Below, piece after piece: positions 50,815-63,110 of a stretch of 64,000 bases of DNA. Both the position numbers and the translations under genes were made by a program. The notes under the pieces are model-generated. The model searched no databases and was not told the origin of the DNA. It was given only the letters and a program-made list of their open reading frames with translations. How positions within the stretch are numbered: position 1 is the first letter of the stretch; every line of letters starts with the position of its first letter. This DNA comes from Botryllus schlosseri (Eukaryota): NCBI GenBank assembly GCA_051294905.1, contig CM119381.1, forward strand, positions 22,816,001 through 22,880,000. The letters run 5' to 3'.

Positions 50815-53800
50815 ATGCGGTGTTCACGACCGAAATGTTCCAAGTCCTGCTGTAAGAAATGGACGAAAGACAATGCCCTGCTGATCGCGACTGTTGCCGG
50901 CGTTGTGATCGGGATTGTAATGGGGATCGCTATGAGAGAAGCGAATCTGTCAAAACTGGATATCAAATATTTCGCGTTTCCAGGCGAAATTTTTCTCAGA
51001 ATGCTGAAGATGATTATCGTTCCCCTGATCGTGTGCAGCTTGATTACTGGTGTGTATTTCAATTCAATTTTCCATATTTCAATGATCCCAACCCTGCCTG
51101 TAAGGCAAGCATGTATTAATCGTGGGACAGCGCGCCGTGTGCATAACTTGCTTTTTCTACCATGGTAACGAATAATAAGTTACGCCAACTATACAACCAC
51201 ATTCCACATACGGAAAATGTTCATGCAGGTCTGTGTTAGTGATGTAGCACGCCAAAACAACCGATCGCGTGCTTTTCATTTTCACATGTAGGCATGAAAT
51301 TTAGTTCAATGTCAATCTTTTCAGATTAATGTTTTGATTATCGGTAATTCGGAGGTCGAAACAATTTTCAGTAATAAAGGGACGTTATGGATGTAACTGT
51401 GGCGTACCAAATATAAATCACGATTCGAAAGTCTCATATAGCAAAAAAAAAGTGTATTTTCCTTCACGGTATGACGCGTCCTAGAATTGATACAGAACAT
51501 GATTAAGAGGTATAGACAAGGCATATATGAGCTTTGTTTTCAAAAACCAATTGAAATATAATTGATTAATCTCTCAAACCGACATAAGTTCCCAGTATGC
51601 CCTGCCTAATGATTGAAAAACATCTTACTGTTCCGAATGTGCGTACACTTATGCGGTGCAAATTTTTGAAGGTGTCGCTTGCCTGGATAAAGAAGCGTCA
51701 GGCCGCCTCGGACTACGAACAGTAGCCTACTACATGGGAACCACTTTCATTGCTGTCGTGCTGGGTATCATTCTCGTCGTATCAATTCAGCCAGGTATTG
51801 CTCATTGTCGACAAGATAAGTTGCTGTGCTGTTACCTTTAATGCTGGAAATGAACTTGATCAATGTTTGGTTCAGAAGGCTTTGGGATTTCGATGTAACA
51901 TCGCTTTTGGCTCAAATGATGGTCGGTTGAGCAGAGCATATTTAACCAATCGTGACACCTCTCACTATAAATAGAAGCCTGTTGACTGAATTCCGATACT
52001 GAACCTGAGCTTTTTGAGTTACATATACACCGTACAGTAGTACACGGATATCAGTTCTCATTCCAATGTGCCTTGAACCTGAACCGAATAGTTTTTCCGG
52101 GCCGCATAATTTGTATGGTTCGCATAACAGTTTTGCCCCATAAGATTGCTTATTGGACAAAATTTGAGTTGGTAGCTTGTTGCCAGGTACGATGGATTCT
52201 GACACTGTATTCTGATGTGATTACTAAAACAAACGCGGGCGCCACAGAAAAATTGTGCGGCCCGCGCAATGGTAATTAAACTAAGAAAATATAAAACACT
52301 AAAATATGCATTTGCAGACTTTTTGCATTAATTTTTTCGTCAATATTATTAAATAACTTGGCCTTTTAGTGCCCGAAATATAATATTATTGATAAATCTC
52401 GTTAGCACCGTTACCAATTCTAATTGAGATGAGGGGCATTGCAGATACAATAGAAATACTGTAATGTGCGGCCCGCGCGGTTTCAATGCGTTATTTGAAT
52501 CTGACCCGCCGACCCAAAATGTGAACTGACCCAAAATGCAATTACGACAGATGCATGCAACTCAAAAGCAAATTCTGGAAACATCAATTTAATGAGAAAT
52601 TTGCTGCTGGCTATTTGATATTACATGTGCTATACGTGATTCTATTGAGGTTTCTGCAAGGTGGAAGTCATTTTAAAAACCAGTAACTTGATTTATTATA
52701 CCGCCAAATGCTGCTAAATTGTTCTGTTGAAAGCTTTCACATATTAAAACATGTTAAAACAAGTTGTAGGCTACTTTTAAATTGGTTGGTACAGCAGTTG
52801 AAGCATTGCGATGTACGCTTAATACCAAAAATTCTATAATATTACAACACGATGCAGAAAAATAAGTTCCAGACTTCCAAATCAATTTTAAATTTAATGT
52901 TTCAGTTCTTGAATTAATAGACTAGTGGCCAATTTTGACTTTTGCATTTTGCAATTGAGCTATAAAATTGCAGTATATTGGCTGACCGGCGAGAGAGTTG
53001 ACACGTAACGGTTGTTGAGAACCACTGGTTTAGTGGACAGGCATATTTATCATTTGGGATCTATGAACAATAGCGTTTTGTATTAGATTGTTTTAATTTC
53101 ACGGTCATACGCCCCATAGGCCCTGTTTGGTCGAAACTTACTTTACTTGATGCACGATCAGTTGAACAAAGTGCAAAATGGTTGGCCTAATTCTACCCGT
53201 AGTTTCGTACGAAGTCCACATTTGAATGACGTGGGCCTAGCATTAATCAACGCAGCTACGCGGTACCAAATTCCCCAATGCCCATCATCTGCCTATCATA
53301 TATGATCATGATCATGATCATCACTGATTACGTGGATAAACACGTCATGTATTTCGGCAGGACGTTACGGTACCGATGGCGCAGTACGGCAATCCACCGC
53401 TCTGGACGTGGAACCTGTTGATTCAATTTTAGATCTCCTAAGGTCGGTAGCCTTCGTTCGGCATTGCGTAAAGTCGTCGAAACTGTTGTTTTTGTAATCA
53501 TCTGCAGGAACGCTTTCCCAGAAAACATAGTTGAGGCTTGTTTCAACAAGGCAAGTGTAACATGTGATTTCTCGTCCCATCTTGAGACTATGAACGACAA
53601 TATCAATTACCTCAGATCAAATCGGTTCGAGTTCCAATCACTGAAACTATAGAAATACAACAGCATCTTATGCAGTCGCTGGGACGGCTTCGTCTCGCAC
53701 CACAATTGGATGGCTGGAAGAGGAAGTGACAGTGGACTATAAAGTGGTTAGTGGCAGTCCTGACTTATATGATAGGCTTGGTTGTGAATTTGTTTAATTT

Positions 53801-55371
53801 ATATTATCAACGCTTTAGCCATGTCTCCACAATAAATGTAGTGAATTATAACTTCGTGGCCACGTCAATCAATTCACGTTACCGTTGCGAATCGCATATT
53901 AAACCTTTTCATGTTTGATTTCCAGGCCATCGAATCCAAATCAGGCGTCAATGTTCTGGGCTTGATCGTTTTCTGCCTGACGTTCGGAGTTATTATCGGC
54001 AGAATGGGAGAAGAAGGAAGGATTCTCGTCAAATTCTTTGTCGCCGCGAACGAGGCCATCATGAGAATGGTATACATCATAATATGGTACGTGTACACTG
54101 AATATCACCCTTTACTGCGAGAAAATCCCAAGTTTATACTCTCGTTTTTATGACGTCATTGTTGATGAATAACCTCGCAATTCATGCGTGATGCCGACAG
54201 AGGCATGGTTATCGTACGATACGCTGCATGACTCTTTGCTATGTCACAGGTACTCACCGGTCGGTATTGCGTTTTTGATAGCCAGTAGGATTATGGATAT
54301 GGATCGCCCAGAGGAGGTTTTGGGCCAGCTCGGGCTGTACATGGCTACCGTTATAGTCGGTCTCTTCATCCATGGATTGATCTTTCTGCCCCTCATCTAC
54401 TTTGTCATAGTGCGAAAGAATCCGATCACATATATCTTCGGAGCCTCCCAGGTCTGTGTCAATATTCGCAGAGGCATCGACCACAGTTGTGACCAATATG
54501 GTGACTATCTACACGCAGGCTCTTCTTACTGCCTTAGCTACGGCGTCAAGTTCGGCAACCCTTCCAATCACGATAAAATGCCTCGAAGAGAAGAATGGAG
54601 TCGATAAAAGAGTAGTTAGGTATGACTGTGTCGATCGCTAATTTGGATTCATTGAAAACTCCCACACTGATGACAGGTTGGTGCTCCCTGTCGGCGCTAC
54701 AATCAATATGGACGGAACCGCTTTGTACGAGGCTGTGGCGGCAATTTTCATTGCCCAATCGACCGGTATTACTCTGAATTTTGGTCAAATCGTTGTAGTA
54801 AGGTAAGGTTTTGTTTCAAGTACTAATATTCCGGAATAAAACCATCTTTTGATGAAGCATCACGGCTACCGCAGCCAGCATCGGTGCGGCAGGTGTGCCT
54901 CAAGCTGGTTTGGTGACTCTCCTGATTGTGATGTCGGCGGTCGGCCTGCCATCTGATGGAATCGAGTTAATTCTGGCGATAGATTGGTTGCTGTAAGTAT
55001 GTATTACAGAAAATCATAAGATAGCTACATATGGGAGTGTCTCATTTTATCGAGACCGGAATATCCTACATGAAAACTGAATATTTGCTACCACATTTAC
55101 TGATTCCATCTGTACATATAGCGACCGATTTCGTACTACTATCAACGTGCTTGGTGACAGCATTGGTGCAGGAGTGGTTGCTCACCTATCAAGATACGAT
55201 CTCCTTGAGGAAATCCATGACAAGAAGAATTATGGCGATAGAGAGGTTTGGCGCACGATCAAGTAGTAACATAGGAGGCTATATGTGCTATTTATATAAC
55301 ATTATGTATTTCAGCAGACGGCTGCATCAAAAGGAGCGGATAATTCTGGATTTGGCGATACCGTCATATAA
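50815..55371 (+). CDS. SLC1A: SLC1A family glutamate/aspartate transporter, paralogue 2, with a frameshift in exon 5 (possible young pseudogene, exon-skipped isoform or assembly error)
   Basis: Exons 50815-51049, 51672-51794, 53361-53442, 53508-53550 (GC donor), 53616-53746 (131 nt, out of frame), 53926-54086, 54250-54451, 54519-54619, 54677-54802, 54858-54992, 55122-55245, 55315-55371 (TAA). Same intron positions and catalytic motifs as paralogue 1. Confidence 0.9.
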
Positions 55372-56599
55372 CATTGTATTAGAGAAGTCTAAGACCAATA
55401 CTGAATAATTTGTCGATAGAATGAAATTAGCATAGCTTCATTCGGCTGCTTCTGACTATTGTCTGGTTATTCTTGAGATTATTTGAAGTACTTATACCAT
55501 AGCATAGCGATATATCATCCTTTACCATTGCTTTATATGATGTAGTCTGATCCGAAAGGTTCAATTAAAATTACTTCTTTATACACAAGGTAGTTTTCAG
55601 ACATACAATTAAGATTAATTTCTGAAAACGTAGCTGTCCTGAAGGAGAAGCAATCAACGAGATAACGCAGGATTGAAAAAAGAGCAGAAATATCAGAAAA
55701 GACCATGATATTCATTATGCAACCAGCATAACATAACCTAAGGAGTTATTGCAAACATTGCTAAATATTTCAATCCTAATCGTAATAGTTTCGATGATTT
55801 GCGACAGGAATGCGTTAACGCAGCGTTGGTAAGCGACAATATGGAACTTGGTATGCGGCAATATGCGCACTCAGGGATTTCTAAAACTCCCTGAAATCCC
55901 TGATGCGCACTGTGCAGAGATCTGGTTTCGTGTCGTTGCATCTCAGGAGGTATAAGTTTTCACCAACATAAGAATTCGACCACACCATGGGTTACAAATG
56001 ATTTTGCAGCAAAACAATGGTTGTTAAAGAGTTGGAAGAATTTTTAAATTGGTTGATACTAGTCACATTCGATAATGATACACACACGTAGGGCTGCATT
56101 TAAAGGTGAACTGCATCTTCAAAAAGACTTTCCCTTATTTCGTACATTATGTGGTTAGGAACAGGATAAAATAATAAAAATTGCGAATACTCAATAGTTT
56201 GGTCGTAAAACACTTTGTTTAAAACATGCTTTAATCCAGGGGTGTCAAACTGAAATTGCGTCGCGGGCCGGATTCAAGCCTTCTAATCGATCGCGGGCCG
56301 GACCAGTCAACTGATTCCAAAATGTTACCTCGTGCTCTTGCTTTTTACTTGAATATCTCAAAAGCACATATGATAGATAATACACATAGTCGCAACTCCT
56401 TTATTTGCGAACAATGAAATTGGCAAAATACGATGATTGTCCGGTGGAATAGAGAGAGAGAGAGAGAGAGAGAGTCGTTATTTTCATCCAACCAAAATAC
56501 ATAACAAACGGCAGTGATGGTGGTGGTACAGAAAATATGCATGCACAGTATTCAGTATTAGATAGGAATTATCGATAAGACCGTGAAGGTCATCTAGTC

Positions 56600-57549
56600 T
56601 GATCACACCAGCATCAAACAGGTACACTTGACTTGACTACAGTCTGGCTGTAAAAAGTGTTTAGTTAAAAAAGGAAAATAGAATAAAAATTGGACGATGG
56701 TAGCAAATGATCAATGAAGCAATGTCTGGGCGAGGTAGGGCAACAGTGTTAGTATAGTATAACGACAGGTGGTGATCAAGTAGGTCTTTTTTGAATCTAT
56801 TATAAGGCAATTCACGGATATGTGGTGGTAATGCATTTCAGATGATAGGTCTCGGGTAGTCGATAGATCTCTTAGTTAGGTTGCTATTCGGTGGGGGTAA
56901 GTAGATAGTTCCCTTTGACGAGGATCTCGTGTAATGGGAATGGATATTTTTAGCAGGTATGAAAAAGTCATCAAACACAGGAGGCAGACTATTGGAAAAA
57001 TATTTGTAAACAAGTTTTGATACTTCGAAGCGATATAGGTCATCAACTCGCAAAATTCGATGCTTACGGTAGTAAGGCGATAAATTGGTACGTAAAGGTA
57101 CAGATGAGATCAGCCGTATCGCATGGTTTTGCAGGGTTCAAATTCTGCACAAAAATGTTGTGCATGCATTTCCCCATTCTACGATTCCATATTGCAGATG
57201 AGAGTGGAAAAGAGAGAAGTAGATGGTTCGTAGTACTGATCTGGAAACCAAAGATTGCAGACGGGTCATTATTCCCACACACCGAGCTAGTTTTGATATT
57301 GTGCATTCAATATGCTGCTTCCAAGACAATTTGGAATCAATGGTGACGCCGAGATATTTTGCTGAGTCACATGGAGATTTGTTTATGATTGATGTTCACA
57401 GTGAAATTATGATTGGCATTATTTATAACGAGCATCTCGGTCTTATCTGCATTCAAACTTGGTTTGTTTGCTTGCAGCCATCTCGACACTTTTGGAATAG
57501 AGTTCAGAACCACTAAATCAGTGGCGGTAACGACGATATAAGATGGCAT
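56600..57549 (-). pseudogene. 5'-truncated L2/CR1-type non-LTR retrotransposon (RT C-terminus and 3' UTR), frameshifted
   Basis: Minus-strand frames: VSRWLQANKPSLNADKTE, DSAKYLGVTIDSKLSWKQHI, TIYFSLFHSHLQYGIVEWGNA, FIPAKNIHSHYTRSSS, all typical of the post-YADD thumb region. Confidence 0.85.
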
Positions 57550-57731
57550 AATCTATGCTCCCTTTGATTTAGTCGTAATCTGGCGTTAGCCCTGCATATG
57601 CTTTGTGAGGAATACAAGATATTTAATTGGAGACGCGGACGTTGGAATTTGGTTTATTATTATTACATTGCGAGTCCGGATTCTCTCATCTCTAGGGATC
57701 TATTGGGTCGAAAGGGATACAACATTGCGAC

Positions 57732-58166
57732 TAGTGTTGCATTTAAAACAAACGGTGTTTTAAAACACTTTGTTTAAAACATGTTTTAAACAGTGTTTAA
57801 AGAAAGGCCTTTTTAAAAAAAACAAAATTGTTTTTTTGTATTTTTAAAAAAAGTTTTCAAATTATGCCATAATTGTGTAAATACTTTTACAAAAACTTGT
57901 TGTATGAGCCTACGGACAATTACCACCCGTTGTAGCCGACGTATATCGATATGGGATGGTTGGAACTCTCAAAATAGTCGGTTCAACAGCAATAGTACAT
58001 ATATTTCGTCAAAGGAACTATTTTTACCCTGTATTTTCAATTGTTAATGTCAATCCACAATGACGTCACAATTGAATATTCGTGACGTCATGGCTTAAAT
58101 AAAACATAAGAGCTTTGTTTTAAACATGTTTGTTTTAAATCGATTTTTGTTTCAAATGCAACCCAT
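57732..58166. mobile_element. Family X MITE (inner tier)
   Basis: Termini TAGTGTTGCATTT / AAATGCAACCCAT; TSD ATTGCGAC / ATTGAGAC (7/8); homologous to 48351-48903 in reverse orientation. Confidence 0.8.
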
Positions 58167-60074
58167 ATTGAGACCATACATATTTCAATTATATATTTGT
58201 GCAACTAATATATTTTCCATGTAAACTGCATACAACGGTTTCGCATTGGCGTTTTCGCTTTTGTAAATAACTACTTTTTGGTCCATATTTTTATAAAACC
58301 CGGAACTTGGTGTGCAGTTTTACCCTTCTTGAAATTAGATGTCAATTTCATCGACATGTTGTTACTATAGTTGTAACTATAGTGAAACCACAGCGCCGCA
58401 GTAGGGTGGTTATAATGGGGACTATTAACATGGAAGTATTGCATGCAAAAAATGTCAACATTTGTTACAGATGAGCTGGAAAATATATGAATTTTTCAAT
58501 CTACTCAGAATTGCTTTGCGGGCCGGATGAAATCGTCTGGCGGGCCGTATGTTTGACACCCCTGCTTTAAACAGTGTTACAAAACAATGCCTTTTAAAAA
58601 TAAAATCGTTTTTTTTTCGAAAGTTGCATAATTATGCTGTAATTGGGGCAATGCTTTCGGAAAAACATGTAGTTGGAGCCTACGGACGATTTGAACTCGA
58701 TATAGAATGGTCGGAGCCCTCGAAATCATCGTCGGTTCAACAGTCATAGCCATCATCAGATCATTGGATGCTCTGATGATGACCGCCGTCCGTCAAAATG
58801 CTGCACAACAATGTATAGTCCTGGTTAAACTTGTTTTTTGGTCCGTTTATGAGAAAGATCGGAAGCCTTTTTCGGAAGCCAATCCCCTGTGACGTCACAA
58901 TTAAAGATTCGTGACATCATGCCGAAAAAAGACAAATTAAAAAAAAACAATAGAAAATATGTTTTACCCAAGGGCCATGTTGTAAACATGTTTGTTTTAA
59001 ATTGATTTTTGTTATGCAACCTTACACACACGGCAGATTTGAGTATGTGTTAGCTAGGTTTACCATATTTTCGTGGCCCAAATTCCGGACACTCTTTAGC
59101 GCCTGCTAACGGGTTTTAAAATGAGGTATGAACCCGTATGACGTCTTACAATCATTGCTTTGCCTAGCGATTGTATACAGGGGTGGATTTTGTAATATAG
59201 GTTGTGAATTAATTAGGCTATTGCGACATCTCTATAGTATGAACTCTGGCGATTACTAGGGTTGGTATTCTCATTTGGACTGTAATAGACTTCAATGGCC
59301 GGATGAAATTGTCTGACCCGCAGGCCGTGTGTTTGACAGCGAGGCTATACTGTTAGGTCAGTGCAGACATGAGGTTGTTTGTTATAGCCAGGACCGAAAC
59401 AACACTTTCAAGCCAGCTCCCACCCAAAACAACACTGGTTCGGCGCCCAGCATGGGGTGAGCCATGCAACTTCTGGGAGCGTTTACTATACGCATCTGGT
59501 TTCTATATGCAATTGTGCATCTTGTTGTTACATTGTTTGAATGAATACTGTCAACAAATTTCGTTTGTCCGTATATCACTATAAAAATTTTATCCTCTCT
59601 CATCCCACGTGATCAAAGTTAGCGGTAGAGCTGGTGGACTTCGAAAATGCAGGACACGTAATCACGTACATCGCTAAGTCACGTTCGTGTCACTTGAATA
59701 AGACTGTTTATGAGCGGAAATGCCGGTCCGAATACCAGCAGGTTACACACCCGGTGGTTTACAACCTTTTATGGTCGCGACTCCATTTCCAATTTGAATA
59801 TGTTCCGTGGCCCACCTCAAAGTTTGGTAAGCTGTATACTAAGAAAAAGAACAGCATCTTTTCCCAGACTTACTCGCGGCCTATGTTGGAAGCTGTTAAG
59901 TTCAACATCTCCGCGATCCCCAGAAAAGGGAAAACGACCCCTAGCTTGAGAACCAGTATCTTTGACTAAAGCATCCTAACGGCCTTACCGACACTTTCCA
60001 CATTCAAGTCAAAATACAAGGAATATCTACTATATACTAGTCCGCCTACAAGGTCACCGGACCACGACCTGGCT

Positions 60075-60160
60075 TCTCTATCGGTAGGTCGCGGGTTCGA
60101 TCTTCGGTCGAGTCATACCAAAGACTCGAAAATTGGTATTCGCAGCTAGGCGCTCAGCAA
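60075..60160 (+). mobile_element. tRNA-derived SINE head fragment
   Basis: B-box GGGTTCGATC at 60093-60102 followed by CGGTCGAGTCATACCAAAGAC...AAAATTGGTATTC, a tRNA-unrelated segment typical of invertebrate SINEs. Confidence 0.5.
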
Positions 60161-60199
60161 CCACGGATAGCATGGAGGAGAAAAAACGGGGGTGTAGAC

Positions 60200-62052
60200 C
60201 AGAGTTGGATCAATTGTAATTTGTAATTGAGCTGAATGTAATTAATTACATTTTTCAATGTAATTGTAATGTAATTGTAATTGAAGCATTTTTATTTTGT
60301 GTAATTGTAATTGTAATTGTAATTTGACAAAAATTTTGCTCAATTACGATTTCAATTACATTAAATTGCTATTGAGACCTGACAAGCACAACATAAAATA
60401 ATTGACTTATAATGCATTCTCTTTAAATATCGACAAGGAATTTGGTGGATCCATTCGCGGAAGCCCTTGACTGCGCCCTTGCGGGCGAAGTTTTTTATTT
60501 TTACCGCTATGATGGCCTCGGCTGCCATTGTATACAATTATTAGATTACTAACCAACGGATGGATTCGCAACACGTGACTCACGATTGAATACGCCGAGA
60601 AGCGAACTGCTGAGCCGGCTAAAAGCAGCAGAATTGATAGTCCCATAGCTGGCGATCCAAGCGTCGAAATTTGATATGTATGGTACTAATCGAAAGCTAG
60701 TGTCGCACTGATTCCGCAATAAAAGTATATTTCCAGGCAATGGTACCATCCCAAAATAGTCGTGAAAGTGTGGGAATCGGCATTGTTCTGAACAATCGCT
60801 GGACGTAATTGGTCATTGTTGTGGTCATGCTGCTGCGGCGCTCTCACTTTTCAGAACAGTCGGCCTTAAACGGCTATTTTGGAGCAGTTACATTGCCCTG
60901 ACGAGATTTTAATTTGTATTTTCGGAATTATTGCATCAATAGCTTACGATAAAGACCAGATGCATCAAATTTGGACGCTTGGATCACCAGCTCTAGGACT
61001 ACAAAGATTGCTGCTTTTAGCCGGCTCTGCAGTACGTTTGTCGGTGCATTCATCCGTGACTCACATCTTGCACATCTATCCGAGGGTTGGCAATCTACAA
61101 TGCGATTTCAGATCACGATGCTGCATCGTTACTTCGTTTGGCTAACTAACCAGACCACTGGATATTATATAACGTCTTATCTGACAAAGCACGGTTTTGT
61201 TTTTACTCCTCATCCTAATTCCTACGTCCCTCCATAAAAATAATATTATTTCTTTAATTATATACTCTATACTTTCTTCAACGACATACTGCACCCTATC
61301 CTTAATCCTAACCCATAGGAAATTAGGTAAATAACATTTTACATTTCCAATTACGTGAGCCATAATTACCGAGCATACAAAACACGCTCATATTACGTGA
61401 CAATGACATTTACTGGGGCCAGAAACTTTTCGCACCTTAATGTTCATTAAATGCAATCCAGCAGTTTTTGAACAAGTAAAAATGTAAATGCAAACGGAAA
61501 TTGTAATTTATGGTATCAGGAGCTTCTTTCCATTTGCATTTACCTGAATTTTACACACGCTGACGTCTTGAGAGCTACATTTCATTTGCGTTGCTCAGTT
61601 TTGTCTATTTGTTTGATTGCGTTTCATTGCCCATCTTGCAGCCTATTCGTTGTTAGTCATTGCCAGTCGCTCAAACTTTTGGTTGTTAACTGTCGCTTAA
61701 AAACGTTTCCTATGATTAGGAATAGTTCGAAAACGTTTTTCTTTTTATTAATTAACGGGTATTTGCGTATCATGAATGAAACATGAATACTTGAATTGTT
61801 GTTAATTACGACGCTACACGGTTGTCAAGGAGCACGGTTGAATTTATGATTATTCAATTACATGTTCAACAGCAGCAATTGTAATTGTAATTGTAATGTA
61901 ATTGAAGCATGCAAGGAGTAATTGTAATTGTAATTGTAATTTGATATTTTTAGCATGGAGTAATTGTAATTGTAATGTAATTGAAACATGCATGAAAGTA
62001 ATTGTAATTGTAATTGTAATTAAACTGAAATAATGTAATTGATCCAACTCTG
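60200..62052. mobile_element. hAT-type non-autonomous element (1853 bp) with (GTAATT)n subterminal arrays and an internal inverted repeat
   Basis: TIR CAGAGTTGGATCAATT; perfect TSD GTGTAGAC (60192-60199, 62053-62060); internal IR approx. 60553-61089 related to 16352-16924. Confidence 0.9.
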
Positions 62053-62854
62053 GTGTAGACTAGGTGACCTTGCGCCTTGCGGTCGTATCGCATCTCCGTC
62101 GTTAAAGCATCTCGATGGTGCAGGCGAAAAATAATGTCATATCTCTCTCTCTCTCATTCAGTGTGCATGCCCCCTCTTTACATCGCCTAGGCCAAGGTGG
62201 GTGGGTGTCTGATTCCAAAGACTACTCCAAGTCGTTTCGATACCTTCCTATCCTTTCATTGTATCGTAATTGAACTGATAAAAATTGGCACTAAACCGAA
62301 ATGAACTGAACACTATGAAGATACAGTTCTCTTACAATTGCGATTACAATTAATCTTATTCCAGTAAATGATGGTTATTTTGATTTATTTGTATTGTAGA
62401 TTTTGCTGGGACAAGGGTACCCATATTAAAATCAAGATATGTGACACTAAATCTCGCGCAGCAGAAAAATTTCAAGTTGCATAAATCTTCCCCAAATTAA
62501 GATATAGATGCTGATTAACGAAAGAATTTTAAACTCCCTTGAAGCCTCCAAAATTCCTGACATTTAAGCAATTTCCGTGTTTCCTTCCGGACGCAGTTTA
62601 AACAGTGAAATGTAGCACAGGGCCTTTAGCACAGTGGCTCCCAAACTTTTCTGGGTGGTGGCACTCTAGAAAAATTATAAAGCACTCGCTACACACTTAG
62701 AAGAAAGTTGCATTTAGAAAATAATTTACGTGGTAATGCATGCGAGAGGCGGAGAAGCATTTTAAAATGCTGAAATTGATTTCAGTTTCAAAATATAGTA
62801 ATTTCTCAAAAGAATCTATTCTCTTGTGTCCAACATCACTATTCTTCACTATAG

Positions 62855-63110
62855 CTGATACGGCTTCAGCTGTGGTAATAGCACACATCACGGAGGAAGA
62901 ATTAGCTGATATGAATGGGCTTATTGCCTTGACGTGCAATGACCCAGACACTGCCATAACCAAGTCGCTTAAAAACGACTCGGGGCTTCCCCACAAGATT
63001 AAGAATCACGAGGACATAGTTTTCCAGCAAGTACCGCGTCTAGCTAACCCCAGTATCGATTCTTTAGCCGCCACTGAAAAGTGTTGTCAGGCATCGGGAT
63101 CCGCTCATAG
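62855..63110 (+). other. Exon-like open segment of unclear identity (possible hAT-Charlie transposase C-terminal remnant or orphan exon)
   Basis: Bounded by CTTCACTATAG and AG|GTAAAA, open for 85 codons, downstream of a Charlie-like end CAGTGGCTCCCAAAC (62632). Ends PSIDSLAATEKCCQASGS, reminiscent of Charlie-type transposase C-termini. Confidence 0.3.

Larger units (their letters stand above)
56237..58564. mobile_element. hAT Charlie-type element (middle tier)
   Basis: TIR CAGGGGTGTCAAAC / GTTTGACACCCCTG; TSD CTTTAATC / CTTTAAAC (7/8); GCGGGCCG subterminal motifs. Confidence 0.85.
56089..59024. mobile_element. Family X MITE expanded by nested insertions (outer tier)
   Basis: Termini TAGGGCTGCATTT / ATGCAACCTTA; perfect TSD CACACACG (56081-56088, 59025-59032). 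Sequence on either side of the inner element rejoins to match family X copies. Confidence 0.85.

Noticed and set aside
53650-53676. Alternative acceptors in paralogue 2 exon 5 that might bypass the frameshift
   Set aside because: AGs ending at 53652, 53663 and 53675 give 94, 83 and 71 nt exons; none is a multiple of three.
60210-60360. (GTAATT)n arrays here and at 61850-62045 as a CRISPR or telomeric repeat
   Set aside because: Short degenerate hexamer runs without unique spacers, positioned as subterminal repeats inside a TIR/TSD-bounded element.
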